A stretch of 64,000 bases of DNA, from positions 5,022,001 through 5,086,000 of the forward strand of contig JBHGNT010000014.1 of assembly GCA_043228905.1 (NCBI GenBank), in the 5' to 3' direction. A program made the translations under genes and the position numbers. Origin of the DNA: Azolla caroliniana. Lineage: Eukaryota > Plantae > Polypodiophyta. Shown here piece by piece: positions 49,985 through 61,068 of this stretch. The stretch's first letter is position 1, and the number at the start of each line of letters is the position of its first letter. A model generated the notes under the pieces. The model was not told where the DNA came from and ran no database searches. It saw nothing but the letters and a program-made list of their open reading frames with translations.

Positions 49985-50270
49985 GGGAGCTGGTCAAAAA
50001 GCCGAAATGAGAGTCAGTTGGCCGAAATCAACCGAAAAAGCTGAAATGAGAGTCGGTTGGCCGAAATCGTCCAGAAAGCTGAAACAAGAATCGGTTGGCT
50101 GAAATCGACCGAAAAACTGAAACGGGAGTCGGTTGCCAAAATCAACCTTAAAAGCTGAAATGGGAGTCAGTTGTCGAAATCGACCGGAAAGCCGAAATGG
50201 GAGTCGGCTGGTGAAATCGGTCAAAAAAGCCGAAACAAGAGTCGATTGGCCGAAATCGACCGAAAAGCCA
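49985..50270. repeat. Tandem repeats of about 38 bp in the Gypsy 5' LTR
   Basis: Same unit as 23161-23370, with about two more copies. Confidence 0.88.
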
Positions 50271-50528
50271 AAATAGGATTCAGTCAAACAGTAGTCGGTC
50301 GAACAGAAGTTCAGACGAAAACACACACACACACATATATATATACATAGTCATATATATATGTAAGATAAGTGAGTCTTTATACATATAGAGAGAGTCA
50401 TATTAGCTGCATATATATGTGGGATAACTCACTGAGAATAAAACAGTGAGAAAAGCACGAAAGCGAACCCTTCTCGGTTTTCTCCTTTCCATGTGATTTT
50501 CACACCGTTGTCGAAAATCTTCATGACC

Positions 50529-51160
50529 ACGTGAGCCTCCAATTTTTCCCATGTCATGATGCATTGGCATTGCAAAAAGGCTTCATTTACAGAGGAATCT
50601 AGTGATGCATTATGAAGCAAATGTGTTGCATCCCATCTACCAAACCACTTTTTCATATCTTGCATCCAATGAGAACACAAAATTTTGTTTTTATGCATCC
50701 TTTAGATCTTTTTGCTTGTTTCCCATGCAATTCTAGGAAGTCTGTGTGTGGGACGTTTTTGAATTCGACAACCCTTTCCATGGCCATGATCTCAATGGGA
50801 AGTGATCCCATCTCAAGGTGGAGGATGTATGACGTTTGTTTCTTAACTTGTAGAAGCTTTGTAAGAAAATGTTTTTTGACATTTTCAAAACTCTTTCCAA
50901 GTAGATTTAGGGATGCTACCACCCTATAATTCCACCTCATAAAGAAGCATTGGTGTCACTAAAGTGTCGAAAAGGTATTTCTTGAGAACCCAACACTTAG
51001 TATCACCATGATTGCATGTGTTCTCAAATGCATAATATGCTCGCTTTCCTACCTCTAAGCGGCATGTAGCACATTCATTGCATCTATGATTTGACGGAAT
51101 TTCAAGGCCAAGATATTTGAAGCTTTCCACACATTCATGTGGCATGCGAGAGAAGGACAA
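50529..51160 (-). mobile_element. LINE (RTE/RTEX-like) RT C-terminal remnant, 5'-truncated
   Basis: ECVESFKYLGLEI and LFDTLVTPMLLYEVE are typical of the non-LTR RT thumb region; joins 22596 across the Gypsy. Confidence 0.78.
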
Positions 51161-51392
51161 TGGAAGGAAATATGTGCTGTCAGTATTCCTCTCTCATTGG
51201 ACATTTTAGAATTTTCAAAGCAATTGAGTTGATAAACAAGAATTATTGATGGTTGTACATCTAGAAACGTGTAACGCCTTTTGCTAATTGATGTGATACT
51301 TATTCTCAGATGACTCTTGATGAATAAGGATTGTACTAATGAATGTTTCAATTGAGAGTGCACATTGTCACTATGAGAGAAATGTGTGCACG

Positions 51393-52703
51393 AGCCCAGA
51401 TGGATGTAGCTTAGTTGGTAAGGTTGCCCAATGGAGACCAGGTGGTCATGGGTTCAACCCCTACATTCCATAGTGGCATCTAGTGAATTAAGAGATATAT
51501 AGGAAGTACAGTAACCATTCGGTTAAGTGTGTGCCCACTTAAGTGCACCATTCTATTAAGTGCGCTTTCTATAGAGGTCAAAATCCCGATCAAAAAAATT
51601 ACATTGTTCATGATGAAATTACATCGAGCGAAATTAAAACTATGTTCCAAACATTCAAAAAAACAATAAAAGAAAGGAGTTTCTAACAAAAAGAAAAATT
51701 AAAAGAATTTGTTACGTGATGGTGGGTGGGGTCTCGTGATTGTGGGTGGGGGTCTCCTGGAAATGCACAAAGAGAAATGCAAGGAAAAAAAGAACCAAAT
51801 TTCGGAATCGGTCTCTTGAGTCGTAGTGTCTGTGTGTGTGTGTGTTATGTTTTGTATGTGTGTGTGTGTGTTTCTGCGAGACGGTAATTTTGATTCTCGT
51901 TAAAGAAAATAAACTTTCTTACTTAACCCAATTTTCCTTTTCCTTTTCTGTATTCATTCATTCTTAACTATGTTTCTTTCTTTCTCTCCCTCCCTCACTT
52001 TCTTAATTTTCTTTCTTTCTCTCCATCTCTCCTCCCGCCACCGCCACCGTCGCCGCCCCCACCCGCCACCGCTTCGTTCATTCTTAATTTTCTCTTTCTT
52101 TCTTTCTCTCCCTCCCTCCCTCCTCCCTCTCTTTCTCTTTCTGTGCATCTTGTTTATTTTATTTCTGTTCCAACCTATGCTTTCTCCCTTGCTCCTCCTC
52201 TCTCTTTTCCGGTCTCCTCCATCTCCACCTGTACTACGATTCCTCAAACCTCCCGCCACTAGGAAGAGAATGCAAGGAAAAATCTCATCATATCCAAGGA
52301 AGTTCATTAGGTAGGCCTAACAAAAAGGCAAAAACTCAAGGTAATATGAAATCGGGAAACAGTGGTATCAAACAAGAGTATGTTGAAACCATAAACATTT
52401 CAAGTCACTTATATCACATTAATCGATCAAATTTGTAATGAAGAAACATATGATACTAACATAGAAGGAAAAAATTTCTAGAAACCCTAAATAAATTTTA
52501 AAAACCCCAAAAATTTTCAGGAAACCCCTAATTGCGCAGCTCGGTTAAGTGCACACTTCACCCATGCGTTCAAAGTGCGAACTTAACCGAATGCTTACTG
52601 TATATAATAGAGAGAAGTGAGAAATTTGGGTTACAAACCCAAGACACAATGCTTGTAGTTTTAACAATTTACCATTAAGGTAAGGTAATTACGAAAAAAA
52701 ATA
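51393..52703 (+). mobile_element. tRNA-derived SINE (about 215 bp net), interrupted by a mariner-type element
   Basis: Box A (TAGCTTAGTTGG) and box B (GGTTCAACCC) head at 51401-51470, A-rich tail 52694-52703, perfect 13-bp TSD AAATGTGTGCACG. Confidence 0.78.
51509..52600. mobile_element. Non-autonomous Tc1/mariner (pogo-like CAGT termini) DNA transposon
   Basis: TIR CAGTAA(C/G)CATTCGGTTAAGT at both ends, flanked by TA; no transposase ORF seen. Confidence 0.85.
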
Positions 52704-55396
52704 AAATGTGTGCACGTATTGCATTGATTTCAAGATGTGTGGAAAACATAATCAAATATGATCAATGGTTGAGCATTGTCTCAAAGTTGGAAAATGTGCA
52801 TAGTTGACTATTCTTAGCACATGTTCCCCAATGTCACCTGGAAGAAATGGTTAAGTGTCAAATAACAAGATGGACTCGAAACAATCTGTAATTTGTCCAT
52901 TTAATGAAGAATATGGTTTTCCCATTAGGTGCAACATATGTAGTATAATGTGTGAATAAAAAGCTTCTATAACTTTCTCATGCCACGATACATTGACATT
53001 GCAAATATGCCTCATTCACAAAGGAATCTAGTAATTCATCATGAAGAAAGTGTGTTGTATCCCATCATCCAAACCATTTTTCCATATCTTGCATCCACCA
53101 AAACACAAAAGATTTTATGCATTTTTTAGAATTTTTTACTTACTTATCATGCAATTTTAGGAAGTCCATTTGAGCGAACTTTTGGAAGTTTGAGTATGTA
53201 CTCAACAAACCTTTTGATATCCATGGACCATAATTTCAATGAGAAGTGATCCTCTCTTAAGAAGTATGAGGGTGTAAGTGTTTACTTAACTTGGAGAAAC
53301 TTTGTTAGAAAATGTTTTGGGAAATTTCCAAAATATTTCTCTAAGAAAACTAGGGATCTTACCACCCATACTTCCACTATAACACTTGTCTAGGTGCTTT
53401 GAAAATCTAAATATTCTTGTATGTGCGTATATTCAAGTATAGGAATATTTTTGTATGTTTATATTCAAATGTAGAAATATTTTTTATTGGTAGTACTTAA
53501 GAAATACTAGGTGAATTATGCTCTTAAGAAATAGTAGATAAGATGTTTCGTGGAAGCAATTTCAGATCCACCATTTGAGCTTTTTAGTTCACATTTGAGT
53601 GGATGGCAATCACATAACCATCAAATTTGACTTGTTAGAGGTTTTCATCTATTTTGGGATAAAGTTGAAATGAAACTCGAAAGGAATAAGGAACAAACAA
53701 TTGCGTTATTACTTCAAAATAAGGTGGTCCTTAAGAGTTTTTTATGTTCTCCAAGATAAAGTAGAATGCAACATGAAAGGAGCACAATCTCGATACCTAC
53801 TAATAGCTTTTCCAACTATTCTTTTATTTCTATAGTGAAATAATAATTTGTTTTGGGTTCTGTATGCGGCTATTACTTCTTGACGAGGTTGAGCTCTTCT
53901 CTATTATTGTTGATGTGGATCAAGATTTATTTAGTCGCCTTGATGACTAATGTAATGTAATTTGACCTCTCTTCTCATTTTGAGCTTTTAATATGATCTT
54001 ATTCAAAGAAATCTACATTATAAGAGAATAAATGTGAGCCGTACAAAAGGTTGCAATGTTTGAGATGAAAATAGACAAAATATTATAGACTTCATATAAC
54101 TAACTCAAAACTTAGCATGCTTTGTCATTGCTTTCAAATAATATTCACTTCCCTTATACGGTTAATATATGGATAATGCTGATATTTTCTTGTGAATCAT
54201 AATCAATGCGGATATTGTCATCATTCAACCAACGTCGTTTTTATCCCCTCGCTACCAAATGATGTACAATTTTATAGCTTACATGGGAATGTGCTTTTAA
54301 CATTAACGCGATAAAAAGTATGCACAATGGGCTATGTGATGGAAATCAAATTATGAATGGGAAGTATAGTGACACATATGTTACGAAATGGTATAAAAGT
54401 TTATATCTTATGTGGGAATGTGCTTTTAACATTAACACAATACAAAATTCTGTACAATGGGCTATGTGGCTGAAATCAATTTTTGAAAGAGAGGTATAGA
54501 TACATATTGTAGAACTCTTCTTATGTTATCAAAACTTGTACTGTGTAAATATGAATTCATTCAGATATTTTGCAAATAATATAAATCTAGAGATCCAATT
54601 TCTTTCTCAAGAAAGAAAAGTTAAAACAAGATGACATCAACATTCAACGTTAGCATGCTTATTGACGTTGAACAAGACCCTACATGTTATAGCACAAGGT
54701 AAAAACATATTAAATTACACATCCATTAAATGCTATAGGTAAAAATTTTTAAATTACAACAAGGTAATATCAATATGGTTTTTTAATATAGAAGACATAC
54801 TTTTGGTCATCCAAATTGTGATAAGTTCCATAAGTTGGATGAAAATTGAAAGAATGAACAAAGTGACATACTCTCGGTCATCCAATTGTGGCAAGTTCCA
54901 TAAGTTGGATGAAATTTGAAAAAATGAACAAAGTGACACTTAATGTGCATTTTCTATAAAGAAGATGGAATCGAACTGCCCTCATCATGCATAGTATGTA
55001 AACAGTGTGAATAGGATTTATTGATAATTGAGGAATATAAATGTATCATTGAGTAAAAATATATTATAGGACAAAAGTGAGGGAAATTTGAGTAATTGAA
55101 AATTGGATTATGAGAACACCACATTAAGGAATCACAAGGAAAACACCTTGAATGAAGGAAAATTAGGTGGAGAAATTCACCACGAGGTCACTTAAAAGTG
55201 TTGATAATGATGACAATGAATGTATCAATGTTGATGAAGATGTCAGGAATATTACATAAATGTGTGGTCAAATAAAGCCTCAATGAGAAATGCATAACAA
55301 TGTTGATGTTTTGTAAACATGTGATTGAAAATATTAAATTGGTTCCAAAATATATCTTTGACTAGAAGAGCTTTCACACTATATGAGAACACCGGG

Positions 55397-55571
55397 ATGT
55401 GGAGTCTGTTCTCCAAATTTGGATTTGCTTTTCCATGGCCAAAATTTTCATTTTGTGTTTTATCTACCTATAAAGTTGTGGGCATGTGGAGTCTGTTCTC
55501 CAAATTTGGATTTGCTTTTCCATGGCCAAAATTTTCATTTTGTGTTTTATCTACCTATAAAGTTGTGGGCA
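55397..55571. repeat. Perfect 87-bp tandem duplication
   Basis: ATGTGGAGTCTGTTCTCC...AGTTGTGGGC occurs twice, head to tail. Confidence 0.92.
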
Positions 55572-58500
55572 ATGTTGATGTCGATGGTAATCACAAGTTG
55601 ATGAAGAAGCAATGAATGTAAAATATGTGTTTTAATAAAGTGTCAATAGTGTGATCAAAATGTGATACAGTTTCTGCAATGAAGAGGGAAAGTTCGAAAT
55701 GACAATAACATGTGCTCTTGAAGTTTCAATGAGGAAGTATGGGTGAACAAGTGTGAAGAAATGGATTTAAACGGCCACCTTCTGCACTCTAGGTGGATAA
55801 GTGGATTTGGAGTCTAATCTCACTAAGTGTTTTCCCAAGGGTTGAACTTCCATTCCCTTCATTTGTGTCTCCAACAGAAAGTTTTTGCATTTTCAATTGG
55901 GCATTAGTATCTTCAACATCATCATCAACATTATTGTATGGTAATGGAAAAGCAATGAATGTTGGTCTCGCTTCCCCTGGCATATACACAATAGGTGGAC
56001 ATGGGCACACCTGAATCACAATCACAACACTTTAAAATTTAATTTACAATTGGTATTTTGGTTGTTTACAACCCAAATACAAAATTCAAATATGAAAAGA
56101 ATTACATGATCAAGCGTCATTAAGAAGTCTACTTGTGTAGGATGACTCCCATTAGGATTTGTCATTTGTTGTTGATGGCTCGACGGTGATAGTGTTACGT
56201 TTAAGTTCTTCATGAAATATAGTGCCCAATTGTAGCATAGTACAAAAATTGCTGCAACGCAAAGAATTGAAAACAACACAAAAAGAATACCCACGATGAA
56301 TGGAACCATAGGCAAATTGGAGATCATTGTCATAAATTTGGATCGACTAAGCAATGTTGATTTACTTTAATAGTGGCCCAATACTCATATAGTTTCACTA
56401 ATGAATGAATAATAGAGATGAATGATAATAGTTCTTCTTGAACCTTCACTCGAGCAAAAATGATTGGTTTAAGGTGGTTTTAAACCTTGTGGTCTTATCA
56501 CTTTTAGCTAACCCAAAATTCAATGAATCTAGTTAGTTAACTTTCATGTAGATAGCTACCTTCAAAACTAACTTTAGATCCCAATTCTAGCTTTTCACTT
56601 GGTTCTGCAAGATCAACTACTACTTATAACCAAAATCTCAATGGGAACAACTAAGAACATTTAGAAGATAAGTATACATGAATGAATGAAGCATATTTAT
56701 ACCAAAGAATATGCAACACAACAATTTTTTAGAATTGTAGATAGTTGATTTCGTATCACCACACTTCGCTTTTGACGTGGTAAAAAGAATTTTATATTGA
56801 ACATTTTCTTCTCACTTTTGACTCTATTCAACAAGTGAATCACCATAAAGACAAAAAATGATAACCGATCATTATACACATACAAGCGAAAATGTATGAA
56901 CATTTCCACACGTGAGCTACGAACATGAACATAAAGACAAATATTGTTCTATACTAGCAAATGAAGCTCAATATTTTATTTCTGTATGATCAAATTTATT
57001 CTTATGCGAATATTCACATAATTACCCATGTACGACGCGGAATGTTTATCCTAAGCTTTCAAATTTGAAAGATGTTATGCCACTATTCATTTTAGAAATA
57101 AAAATTTGAAGTTCATCATACACAAAAAAGTGATAAAAGTCTCTCTCCCACCATTTTAAATCTATATAATCATTCTTCCATTATCATATATGTTTGATGT
57201 TATCTTTCTCCTGATATGATTGTACAATCCTTGTGTATTCCCATTTTTCCCTTCACATATGTGGTAACTCTAATGTCATATTCATTTACAACTTACAAGA
57301 TTACTTTTTGACAACAATAATAATCCAATAGCATTAAGCCAACGAATTGGTCCTTTGGCAAGCTTTTGTAAATGAACCATTCTATAACCAGAAAATATAT
57401 AAAAGTGGTACTAGAAGGGAGAATGTTGAATTTCAACATTAGCCACCCCTTAGAACGTTAGGACATATATTCATATACTTTGATAGAGTATTAAAGACTA
57501 GAAAAGAAATTAAACAAAGAATATAATGGCAATGTTGGTCATGGCGCCGTGATCTCTCCACCATCACCCACACTTATATAACCCATTACATAAGAGCCTT
57601 AAGGGGGGACAATCAAGGGAAGAGTAAGCGATAAATTGTGGCAAATACTACATATACTATTAGCAATTAATCACCTAGAATTATGAGGTCAAGTGTGTGA
57701 CTTATGAGCCGACATATTTAGTCATGCTTGACTTGTACTTAGTTTGCATTTGGACAATTCCTAACTTGTGTCACCAATTGGCAGATTGGTTTGTGATCAA
57801 CCCACTTGATTGAGTAGTTGAGATAACCAAGTGTTGCCAAATAACTGGCCGATTGTTACCTAGTAGACAATCAAGTGAGTTCATAAACAATCAAACTAGA
57901 CTTTTATGGCAAATGCCATTCACTACACCCCATGATATAAACCTGACAACATTGATGGATAACTTCTACAATAGTGAATGAAAAAATATTAAATATGATT
58001 TGATTGCGGTAACTCTATTTCCTTTACAAGTAATCCTCACTAAAACTAGTCACATTCACTAACTTGATGTCCCACTCTTTTTGATTGAATATTTTATGCC
58101 TTCCAACAAAGAAAGAAAGAAAGAAATACTAACATCCTCTAAGGCCAAAAATTGGCCCATGAGACAATTGGTGTACAACAAAATAGGGTATTTACCCAAT
58201 TATAAAAATAAAAATAAAAATAAAAATAGAACTTAAGCTAAAAGAGTTCTAGTATTGTGCAAAACGTGTTATGGTGTAACATATTCTATAAAGGAAATGA
58301 CTTTGTACTAGGCCTAGTTTCATTTCCATCCAAGCCTCTCAAAAAGAAGTCGGAGGACAAAGTGCGTCGGTGTGGGTGTGACATGTGGTCCTAGTGTAGA
58401 AGGTACCCCAACCATGGCTTCTAGGTGGTGTAGCTCACGTTCCCTTATTTTCTTAATTGCTTCTACACCATGTCGAGTTGCTTTGAAACCTGGCATCCGA

Positions 58501-58899
58501 GGGCATTTGGTTCTTCTTTGGTTTTCCACTTCATCAAGGAAGAGGCCGAGTGGTGTAGGTGTGTCCACATTCGTTATCTCCCCTTACCCTTGAAAAGCTT
58601 CATTTGTTACATGTTAGTGAATATTAGAAACGTTATTGTCAACATTTTGTAGTTTATTCTCTCTATGTTGTTTTAGCTCTAAGATATATCTGCCTAATTT
58701 CTTTATATCTAGAGTATCTAATAGTTTGGGGAGGGTGGGAGAGAAACCGAGTATGTCTCAGTATTTTGCCCTTATCTCGGCATAAGCTGGACACTTACAT
58801 TTAAAGTGGTACTCATCCTCTTATCTGTATGTGACATAATCTACACATCCTTTCCTCTCTAGGGACTCCATGTTGAGATCGTGACCATCCACAACTGGT

Positions 58900-59380
58900 T
58901 TCCGTTCGTATATTCGTGTGCAAGAAATAAACACCCAGACAGAAAACCAAAAAATTAAGTAACTAGAAATAGAGAACACACAAGATTTTACGGTGGAAAC
59001 CCGAACTGGGAAAAACCACGTGGAGTTCACAAACTCCGAAACAGATCACTATGATGATGAGGGGAGTACAACAAGAAACTCAAAGGAAACGACCTCGAGT
59101 TCTTCTTCAACAGACGACTATGGCGTTACACTTACTCACACTCTCCCTCTCTCACTCATTCTCATAGTTACACAAGTGACGACTTGTTCTCACTAACTTA
59201 CAAAACTCATCATCCTCTTCATAATGATTGCCCTTGATGCTTATAAACAAAAGCAACTTTCTGGCTATTTACAAGTATAGCCCACAAGGGCACATTTCGA
59301 CTATTTACAAATATAGTCTTCCAAGTTGGCTATATACACGATTTCGGTTTCTTACGAGGACCAAATGGCCGGAACAAGGA
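58900..59380 (-). mobile_element. Degenerate Copia-type LTR remnant (boundaries approximate)
   Basis: Shares GTGGAAA.CC.AA..GGGAAAAACCACG and GGCTATTTACAA motifs with the Tork-like LTRs; no TSD resolved. Confidence 0.5.
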
Positions 59381-59451
59381 GTGTGTAAGGATAGGCACAC
59401 GACGGTTAGAGGGTGGTTAAGCTAAACAAGACAAAGTAGGCAACATACACT

Positions 59452-59491
<40 letters not shown>

Positions 59492-59506
59492 ATTAAAAGA
59501 GGGTGG

Positions 59507-59561
59507 TGGTCTTATGCAAACTAGTTTCGCTCCATGGTGGAGCTCTTCAGTGCAAAGACCA
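59507..59561 (-). ncRNA. Minimal type I hammerhead ribozyme
   Basis: Minus strand reads UGGUCUU-UGCA CUGAAGA GCUCC-ACCAU-GGAGC GAAA CUAG UU UGCA-U-AAGACCA. It has the conserved CUGANGA/GAAA core, a 5-bp stem II, palindromic minimal stem III (ACUAGU), a GUU cleavage triplet and an 11-bp stem I with one bulge. Confidence 0.9.
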
Positions 59562-59681
59562 TTACAACAAGAGAATGTGATTAATAAAGGGGTGGGGAGG
59601 AAGAGGGGGTGAGGTAAAAGGAGTGGGGAGGATTTGACTTGTGTAGTAGATGAGATAGAATAGGATGTGGCAATGGCAGAG

Positions 59682-59860
59682 ATAGATAGATTGATTATAT
59701 TATCGTCTTCGGAGGTCAAATATGACCTATGAGACCAAAAATATTACATTTCATATAATACGTGTGAAAGTGAGTAGTGACTCTCGATGTTCAAGAACTT
59801 TACTAGTGAATGTTGCAATCAAGAGTGCACATTATGGTTGTGAGAGGAATTCATGCAAGG
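59682..59860 (-). mobile_element. Short 3' fragment of the RTE/RTEX-like LINE within the PLE 3' region
   Basis: Close match to 22105-22280, including the (ATCT)n tail. Confidence 0.8.
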
Positions 59861-59994
59861 ATTGGAGAGAGAGAGAGAGAAATGTGTGTATGAAAGTGAT
59901 AGGGAGTGAGAGAGGGGGAATGAGTGTAATGATGATGGTGAGGGGGCAGTTCTTAATGTGCTGAAAAAAAGGGTTTTAGGATGGCAGTATAATA

Positions 59995-60150
59995 TTAAGT
60001 GGGGGATGTGGGTGGATTGTTTGAAATTTTAGTCTTAAGTGGGGGACTTGTTTTGAAAACTTAGTTTTAAGTGGGGGAATTGGGTGGATTGTTTGAAATT
60101 TTAGTCTTAAGTGGGGGATTTGGGTGGATTTTTTGAAAACTTAGTCTTAA
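59995..60150. repeat. Four tandem units (40, 32, 40, 40 bp) overlapping the PLE stop codon
   Basis: Units begin TTAAGTGGGGGA at 59995, 60035, 60067 and 60107. Confidence 0.92.
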
Positions 60151-61068
60151 CTAGGAGGGCATGTAAGGACTTAGATTTTGTCCAACATATGAAGGGGCGT
60201 GAGATGCTAGCAAGGTCAGGATGTAGCACTAAGCCATTATAGAGATTTTTTAGAAAACTATGAATGCCTAGTTTTGGGGTATGTTTGGTGTATCTAAGTT
60301 TAAAGATTGTGGGGTTGAGGGGGGTAGTAGTTTTGGGTTGATATAGGAGTGTTTTTCTAAGATTAAAGGGTATTTTCCTATAGTTTTTTAGTATGAAGGA
60401 AGGGGGGTAACCACGGTTAACTAGTCTATTGAAAAAGAGTTTTTTCATTTGGTAGAAACCTAATGGGGTGCTTTCTCTAATGAAATATCTCCTCACTTCA
60501 TTCGTGATAAAGTGTTGTTTTGTATGGGGAGGATGATCTGATGAAAAAGGCAAGTATTGTTTTGAATTGAGAGGTTTTTGAAAACAATTAAATGAAAAAG
60601 ATGAGTTTTCGAGGTTGATCCATATGTCTAAAAAAGGTAGCCTAGAGGGGGAAGTTTGAATAGTAAGCTTGATGGAGTTATTTGTGTGTAGAGGGTAAGA
60701 GTCAAGATATTGTAAAAGTTGAGATTTGGTGCCTGTCCAGAGCCCAAATGCATCATCAATATAGCAGGTGAAGTAGACGAGATAGGGGGGCGATGGCTGT
60801 AAGTTTTCGAGATATACTAAAAAGAGGCAGGCGTATACAACTGAAAAGTTGTTGCCCATCACCGTACATTTTATTTGTTGGTAGACTACGCCATCGAAAG
60901 TGAGATAGTGATATTCTAAAACAAGGGCACTAAGGGTATAGATGAGATTAGTTTTCGAAGGGGAAAAGTGGGGGGTGATTAGACTACGTAGGGCTTGGAG
61001 TCCTAGCTTAGGCGGGATACTAGGATAGAGAGATTCAACGTCAAACGTTGTCCTAAAGATTGTGGTTG
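60107..61068 (-). CDS. Penelope-like reverse transcriptase (motif A through thumb), 5' part interrupted; no C-terminal GIY-YIG
   Basis: FDVESLYPSIP, YQQIKCTVMGNNFS, YIDD, LPFLDI, YLPFSSDHPPHTK and RGYP are PLE RT/thumb signatures. About 320 codons without a stop. The first 53 or so aa of the track ORF come from the inserted LTR. Confidence 0.9.

Larger units (their letters stand above)
22597..50528 (-). mobile_element. Ty3/Gypsy LTR retrotransposon (Phygy-like), full length, degenerate, host of the 28-kb nest
   Basis: 3' LTR 22597-23615 with PPT; INT 23688-24789; RH/RT 24790-26500; PR 33089-33352 (LIDHGSKINLM); gag 48319-49339; PBS TGGTGAACC near 49388-49396; 5' LTR 49404-50528. TSD GTGT/ACGT, consistent with ancestral GCGT. 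Confidence 0.92.
51240..53380 (-). mobile_element. Second, more decayed copy of the same LINE (51240-51392 plus 52717-53380)
   Basis: Similar to 22190-22590 and 50550-50940. Confidence 0.65.
59457..61068 (-). mobile_element. Penelope-like element (PLE), 3' portion
   Basis: PLE-type RT and thumb ORF, 3' tandem repeats, hammerhead ribozyme, AATAAA and (CT)n end; C-rich coding strand. Confidence 0.85.

Noticed and set aside
51401-51470. Functional tRNA gene
   Set aside because: The anticodon arm is poor, and the A-tail and TSD indicate a SINE head.
51954-52314. K/R/E-rich and F/L/S-rich ORFs
   Set aside because: Low-complexity CT tract inside a non-autonomous transposon.
55789-56354. Possible host gene or old gag remnant
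   Set aside because: No recognisable domain by eye; needs BLASTX.
58320-58600. Short GC-richer ORFs that might be an exon
   Set aside because: No recognisable motif and no supporting neighbouring exons.
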